A stretch of 64,000 bases of DNA from Auanema rhodensis (Eukaryota > Animalia > Nematoda): assembly GCA_964057225.1 (NCBI GenBank), contig CAXKVF010000075.1, positions 186,001 through 250,000 on the forward strand, given 5' to 3'. Every line of letters starts with the position of its first letter. Position 1 is the stretch's first letter. Both the position numbers and the translations under genes were made by a program. This document shows positions 57,023-64,000 of the stretch, in pieces. The notes under the pieces were generated by a model. That model saw only the letters and a list, made by a program, of their open reading frames with translations. It had not been told where the DNA came from and ran no database searches.

Positions 57023-60000
57023 AATTTTGAAAACCGCATCTCTTTATCTTTCACGTGAAGCGAGTTACATACCAAGTGCACATCACGTGTACATTTAATT
57101 AGCATAAATTAAAGTTCACGTAAATTTCAAAGTCATGGTTACCATGAACCAATATCAATAAAAATTTGTTTTTAGACTAATATCGACATGGGGAATCTAA
57201 TTTTGAAAACCGCATCTCTTCATCTTTCACGTGAAGCGAGTTACATACCAAGTGCACATCACGTGTACATTTAATTAGCATAAATTAAAGTTCACGTAAA
57301 TTTCAAAGTCATGGTTACCATGAACCAATATTAATAAAAATTTGTTTTTAGACTAATATGGACATGAGGAATCTAATTTTGAAAACCGCATCTCTTTATC
57401 TTTCACGTGAAGCGAGTTACATACCAAGTGCACATCACGTGTACATTTAATTAGCATAAATTAAAGTTCACGTAAATTTCAAAGTCATGGTTACCATGAA
57501 CTAATATCAATAAAAATTTGTTTTTAGACTAATATGGACATGGGGAATCTAATTTTGAAAACCGCATCTCTTTATCTTTCACGTGAAGCGAGTTACATTC
57601 CAAGTGCACATCACGTGTACATTTAATTAGCATAAATTAAAGTTCACGTAAATTTCAAAGTCATGGTTACCATGAACCAATATCAATAAAAATTTGTTTT
57701 TAGACTAATATGGACATGGGGAATCTAATTTTGAAAACCGCATCTCTTTATCTTTCACGTGAAGCGAGTTACATTCCAAGTGCACATCACGTGTACATTT
57801 AATTAGCATAAATTAAAGTTCACGTAAATTTCAAAGTCATGGTTACCATGAACCAATATCAATAAAAATTTGTTTTTAGACTAATATGGACATGGGGAAT
57901 CTAATTTTGAAAACCGCATCTCTTTATCTTTCACGTGAAGCGAGTTACATACCAAGTGCACATCACGTGTACATTTAATTAGCATAAATTAAAGTTCACG
58001 TAAATTTCAAAGTCATGGTTACCATGAACTAATATCAATAAAAATTTGTTTTTAGACTAATATGGACATGGGGAATCTAATTTTGAAAACCGCATCTCTT
58101 TATCTTTCACGTGAAGCGAGTTACATACCAAGTGCACATCACGTGTACATTTAATTAGCATAAATTAAAGTTCACGTAAATTTCAAAGTCATGGTTACCA
58201 TGAACCAATATCAATAAAAATTTGTTTTTAGACTAATATGGACATGGGGAATCTAATTTTGAAAACCGCATCTCTTTATCTTTCACGTGAAGCGAGTTAC
58301 ATACCAAGTGCACATCACGTGTACATTTAATTAGCATAAATTAAAGTTCACGTAAATTTCAAAGTCATGGTTACCATGAAGCAATATCAATAAAAATTTG
58401 TTTTTAGACTAATATGGACATGGGGAATCTAATTTCGAAAACCGCATCTCTTTATCTTTCACGTGAAGCGAGTTACATACCAAGTGCACATCACGTGTAC
58501 ATTTAATTAGCATAAATTAAAGTTCACGTTAATTTCAAAGTCATGGTTACCATGAACCAATATCAATGAAAATTTGTTTTTAGACTAATATGGACATGGG
58601 GAATCTAATTTTGAAAACCGCATCTCTTTATCTTTCACGTGAAGCGAGTTACATACCAAGTGCACATCACGTGTACATTTAATTAGCATAAATTAAAGTT
58701 CACGTAAATTTCAAAGTCATGGTTACCATGAACTAATATCAATAAAAATTTGTTTTTAGACTAATATGGACATGGGGAATCTAATTTTGAAAACCGCATC
58801 TCTTTATCTTTCACGTGAAGCGAGTTACATACCAAGTGCACATCACGTGTACATTTAATTAGCATAAATTAAAGTTCACGTAAATTTCAAAGTCATGGTT
58901 ACCATGAACCAATATAGATAAAAATTTGTTTTTAGACTAATATGGACATGGGGAATCTAATTTTGAAAACCGCATCTCTTTATCTTTCACGTGAAGCGAG
59001 TTACATACCAAGTGCACATCACGTGTACATTTAATTAGCATAAATTAAAGTTCACGTAAATTTCAAAGTCATGGTTACCATGAACTAATATCAATAAAAA
59101 TTTGTTTTTAGACTAATATGGACATGGGGAATCTAATTTTGAAAACCGCATCTCTTTATCTTTCACGTGAAGCGAGTTACATACCAAGTGCACATCACGT
59201 GTACATTTAATTAGCATAAATTAAAGTTCACGTAAATTTCAAAGTCATGGTTACCATGAACCAATATCAATAAAAATTTGTTTTTAGACTAATATGGACA
59301 TGGGGAATCTAATTTTGAAAACCGCATCTCTTTATCTTTCACGTGAAGCGAGTTACATACCAAGTGCACATCACGTGTACATTTAATTAGCATAAATTAA
59401 AGTTCACGTAAATTTCAAAGTCATGGTTACCATGAACCAATATCAATAAAAATTTGTTTTTAGACTAATATGGACATGGGGAATCTAATTTTGAAAACCG
59501 CATCTCTTTATCTTTCACGTGAAGCGAGTTACATACCAAGTGCACATCACGTGTACATTTAATTAGCATAAATTAAAGTTCACGTAAATTTCAAAGTCAT
59601 GGTTACCATGAACCAATATCAATAAAAATTTGTTTTTAGACTAATATGGACATGGGGAATCTAATTTTGAAAACCGCATCTCTTTATCTTTCACGTGAAG
59701 CGAGTTACATAACAAGTGCACATCACGTGTACATTTAATTAGCATAAATTAAAGTTCACGTAAATTTCAAAGTCATGGTTACCATGCACCAATATCAATA
59801 AAAATTTGTTTTTAGACTAATATGGACATGGGGAATCTAATTTTGAAAACCGCATCTCTTTATCTTTCACGTGAAGCGAGTTACATACCAAGTGCACATC
59901 ACGTGTACATTTAATTAGCATAAATTAAAGTTCACGTAAATTTCAAAGTCATGGTTACCATGAACCAATATCAATAAAAATTTGTTTTTAGACTAATATG

Positions 60001-63000
60001 GACATGGGGAATCTAATTTTGAAAACCGCATCTCTTTATCTTTCACGTGAAGCGAGTTACATACCAAGTGCACATCACGTGTACATTTAATTAGCATAAA
60101 TTAAAGTTCACGTAAATTTCAAAGTCATGGTTACCATGAACCAATATCAATAAAAATTTGTTTTTAGACTAATATGGACATGGGGAATCTAATTTTGAAA
60201 ACCGCATCTCTTTATCTTTCACGTGAAGCGAGTTACATACCAAGTGCACATCACGTGTACATTTAATTAGCATAAATTAAAGTTCACGTAAATTTCAAAG
60301 TCATGGTTACCATGAACCAATATTAATAAAAATTTGTTTTTAGACTAATATGGACATGAGGAATCTAATCTTGAAAACCGCATCTCTTCATCTTTCACGT
60401 GAAGCGAGTTACATACCAAGTGCACATCACGTGTACATTTAATTAGCATAAATTAAAGTTCACGTAAATTTCAAAGTCATGGTTATCATTCACCAATATC
60501 AATAAAAATTTGTTTTTAGACTAATATGGACATGGGGAATCTAATTTTGAAAACCGCATCTCTTTATCTTTCACGTGAAGCGAGTTACATACCAAGTGCA
60601 CATCACGTGTACATTTAAATAGCATAAATTAAAGTTCACGTAAATTTCAAAGTCATGGTTACCATGCACCAATATCAATAAAAATTTGTTTTTAGACTAA
60701 TATGGACATGGGGAATCTAATTTTGAAAACCGCATCTCTTTATCTTTCACGTGAAGCGAGTTACATACCAAGTGCACATCACGTGTACATTTAATTAGCA
60801 TAAATTAAAGTTCACGTAAATTTCAAAGTCATGGTTACCATGAAGCAATATCAATAAAAATTTGTTTTTAGACTAATATGGACATAGGGAATCTAATTTT
60901 GAAAACCGCATCTCTTTATCTTTCACGTGAAGCGAGTTACATACCAAGTGCACATCACGTGTACATTTAATTAGCATAAATTAAAGTTCACGTAAATTTC
61001 AAAGTCATGGTTACCATGAACCAATATCAATAAAAATTTGTTTTTAGACTAATATGGACATGGGGAATCTAATTTTGAAAACCGCATCTCTTTATCTTTC
61101 ACGTGAAGCGAGTTACATACCAAGTGCACATCACGTGTACATTTAATTAGCATAAATTAAAGTTCACGTAAATTTCAAAGTCATGGTTACCATGAACTAA
61201 TATCAATAAAAATTTGTTTTTAGACTAATATGGACATGGGGAATCTAATTTTGAAAACCGCATCTCTTTATCTTTCACGTGAAGCGAGTTACATACCAAG
61301 TGCACATCACGTGTACATTTAATTAGCATAAATTAAAGTTCACGTAAATTTCAAAGTCATGGTTACCATGAACCAATATCAATAAAAATTTGTTTTTAGA
61401 CTAATATGGACATGGGGAATCTAATTTTGAAAACCGCATCTCTTTATCTTTCACGTGAAGCGAGTTACATACCAAGTGCACATCACGTGTACATTTAATT
61501 AGCATAAATTAAAGTTCACGTAAATTTCAAAGTCATGGTTACCATGAACCAATATCAATAAAAATTTGTTTTTAGACTAATATGGACATGGGGAATCTAA
61601 TTTTGAAAACCGCATCTCTTTATCTTTCACGTGAAGCGAGTTACATACCAAGTGCACATCACGTGTACATTTAATTAGCATAAATTAAAGTTCACGTAAA
61701 TTTCAAAGTCATGGTTACCATGCACCAATATCAATAAAAATTTGTTTTTAGACTAATATGGACATGGGGAATCTAATTTTGAAAACCGCATCTCTTTATC
61801 TTTCACGTGAAGCGAGTTACATACCAAGTGCACATCACGTGTACATTTAATTAGCATAAATTAAAGTTCACGTAAATTTCAAAGTCATGGTTACCATGAA
61901 GCAATATCAATAAAAATTTGTTTTTAGACTAATATGGACATGGGGAATCTAATTTTGAAAACCGCATCTCTTTATCTTTCACGTGAAGCGAGTTACATAC
62001 CAAGTGCACATCACGTGTACATTTAATTAGCATAAATTAAAGTTCACGTAAATTTCAAAGTCATGGTTACCATGAACCAATATCAATAAAAATTTGTTTT
62101 TAGACTAATATGGACATGGGGAATCTAATTTTGAAAACCGCATCTCTTTATCTTTCACGTGAAGCGAGTTACATACCAAGTGCACATCACGTGTACATTT
62201 AATTAGCATAAATTAAAGTTCACGTAAATTTCAAAGTCATGGTTACCATGAACCAATATCAATAAAAATTTGTTTTTAGACTAATATGGACATGGGGAAT
62301 CTAATTTTGAAAACCGCATCTCTTTATCTTTCACGTGAAGCGAGTTACATACCAAGTGCACATCACGTGTACATTTAATTAGCATAAATTAAAGTTCACG
62401 TAAATTTCAAAGTCATGGTTACCATGAACCAATATCAATAAAAATTTGTTTTTAGACTAATATGGACATGGGGAATCTAATTTTGAAAACCGCATCTCTT
62501 TATCTTTCACGTGAAGCGAGTTACATACCAAGTGCACATCACGTGTACATTTAATTAGCATAAATTAAAGTTCACGTAAATTTCAAAGTCATGGTTACCA
62601 TGCACCAATATCAATAAAAATTTGTTTTTAGACTAATATGGACATGGGGAATCTAATTTTGAAAACCGCATCTCTTTATCTTTCACGTGAAGCGAGTTAC
62701 ATACCAAGTGCACATCACGTGTACATTTAATTAGCATAAATTAAAGTTCACGTAAATTTCAAAGTCATGGTTACCATGCACCAATATCAATAAAAATTTG
62801 TTTTTAGACTAATATGGACATGGGGAATCTAATTTTGAAAACCGCATCTCTTTATCTTTCACGTGAAGCGAGTTACATACCAAGTGCACATCACGTGTAA
62901 AATTAATTAGCATAAATTAAAGTTCACGTAAATTTCAAAGTCATGGTTACCATGAACCAATATCAATAAAAATTTGTTTTTAGACTAATATGGACATCGG

Positions 63001-64000
63001 GAATCTAATTTTGAAAACCGCATCTCTTTATCTTTCACGTGAAGCGAGTTACATACCAAGTGCACATCACGTGTACATTTAATTAGCATAAATTAAAGTT
63101 CACGTAAATTTCAAAGTCATGGTTACCATGAACCAATATCAATAAAAATTTGTTTTTAGACTAATATGGACATGGGGAATCTAATTTTGAAAACCGCATC
63201 TCTTTATCTTTCACGTGAAGCGAGTTACGTACCAAGTGCACATCACGTGTACAATTAATTAGCATAAATTAAAGTTCACGTAAATTTCAAAGTCATGGTT
63301 ACCATGAACCAATATCAATAAAAATTTGTTTTTAGACTAATATCGACATGGGGAATCTAATTTTGAAAACCGCATCTCTTCATCTTTCACGTGAAGCGAG
63401 TTACATACCAAGTGCACATCACGTGTACATTTAATTAGCATAAATTAAAGTTCACGTAAATTTCAAAGTCATGGTTACCATGAACCAATATTAATAAAAA
63501 TTTGTTTTTAGACTAATATGGACATGAGGAATCTAATTTTGAAAACCGCATCTCTTTATCTTTCACGTGAAGCGAGTTACATACCAAGTGCACATCACGT
63601 GTACATTTAATTAGCATAAATTAAAGTTCACGTAAATTTCAAAGTCATGGTTACCATGAACTAATATCAATAAAAATTTGTTTTTAGACTAATATGGACA
63701 TGGGGAATCTAATTTTGAAAACCGCATCTCTTTATCTTTCACGTGAAGCGAGTTACATTCCAAGTGCACATCACGTGTACATTTAATTAGCATAAATTAA
63801 AGTTCACGTAAATTTCAAAGTCATGGTTACCATGAACCAATATCAATAAAAATTTGTTTTTAGACTAATATGGACATGGGGAATCTAATTTTGAAAACCG
63901 CATCTCTTTATCTTTCACGTGAAGCGAGTTACATTCCAAGTGCACATCACGTGTACATTTAATTAGCATAAATTAAAGTTCACGTAAATTTCAAAGTCAT
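57023..64000 (+). repeat. Sub-array domain B': B-type monomers again
   Basis: No p84T seen. It carries B markers p6C+p100T+p138G (58431), TATAGA (58913-58918), p4C+p23C+p120T (60367) and p70A+p72A+p168C (62831). Confidence 0.8.

Larger units (their letters stand above)
1..64000. repeat. 176-bp tandem satellite DNA array (~363.6 head-to-tail copies), extending beyond both window edges
   Basis: AATTTTGAAAACCGCATC recurs at 1, 177, 353, 529 and onward at exact 176-bp steps up to 34145. The register then shifts only through three 1-bp deletions (after 34295, 42214, 42565) and one insertion (45765). No non-repeat sequence or orientation switch was seen. Confidence 0.99.
1..64000. other. Candidate centromeric/pericentromeric satellite domain
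   Basis: Inference from nucleosome-scale monomer length (compare 171-bp alpha satellite and 178-bp Arabidopsis CEN178), AT richness, very high homogeneity, single orientation, dyad symmetries and local higher-order repeats. Centromere function cannot be shown from sequence alone. Confidence 0.6.

Noticed and set aside
1-64000. Protein-coding repeat ORF on either strand
   Set aside because: Each monomer has stops in all three plus frames (e.g. TGA p6, TGA p34, TAA p74) and all three minus frames (e.g. TTA p22, TCA p29, TTA p87). ATGs at p113, p122, p160 and p166 open only short peptides.
1-64000. CRISPR array or other repeat-spacer system
   Set aside because: Palindromic elements recur regularly, but the sequence between them is essentially identical in every unit. 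There are no unique spacers, leader or cas genes.
1-64000. Embedded transposon, inversion or telomeric repeat
   Set aside because: The monomer register is accounted for end to end with only four 1-bp indels, which leaves no room for an insertion. No strand switch or TTAGG/TTAGGG/TTTAGGG tract was seen.
1-64000. Artefactual concatemer (rolling-circle amplification or synthetic array)
   Set aside because: Variants are shared in nested, ordered blocks across tens of kb, unlike random errors on a single template. Local mis-assembly of individual duplications cannot be excluded without reads.
1-64000. A single fixed-length higher-order repeat across the window
   Set aside because: Observed periods vary (2, 5, 6, 7, 8, 23 and 35 monomers) and each is local. 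No single period persists.

Overview
The whole 64-kb window is one uninterrupted head-to-tail tandem array of a 176-bp AT-rich monomer (about 32% GC by hand count; about 363.6 copies, all in one orientation). It resembles eukaryotic satellite DNA, probably centromeric or pericentromeric. I found no genes, RNA genes, transposon insertions, CRISPR spacers or unique sequence, and every monomer has stop codons in all six frames. Consensus (phase set at base 1): AATTTTGAAAACCGCATCTCTTTATCTTTCACGTGAAGCGAGTTACATACCAAGTGCACATCACGTGTACATTTAATTAGCATAAATTAAAGTTCACGTAAATTTCAAAGTCATGGTTACCATGAACCAATATCAATAAAAATTTGTTTTTAGACTAATATGGACATGGGGAATCT. Copies differ from it at roughly 0-5 positions, and I saw only four 1-bp indels. 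Two layers are of interest. First, the monomer is dense in short dyad symmetries and carries three TCACGT motifs 32-33 bp apart. Second, shared SNPs reveal a nested higher-order structure: dimer-alternating domains, recurrent 7-monomer modules, 8-, 23- and 35-monomer duplications, chimeric junction monomers, and related blocks 35-47 kb apart. I could not identify the organism or satellite family, and I found no support for a novel gene-based system. All variant calls were made by eye. Notation: pN is the position within the monomer.
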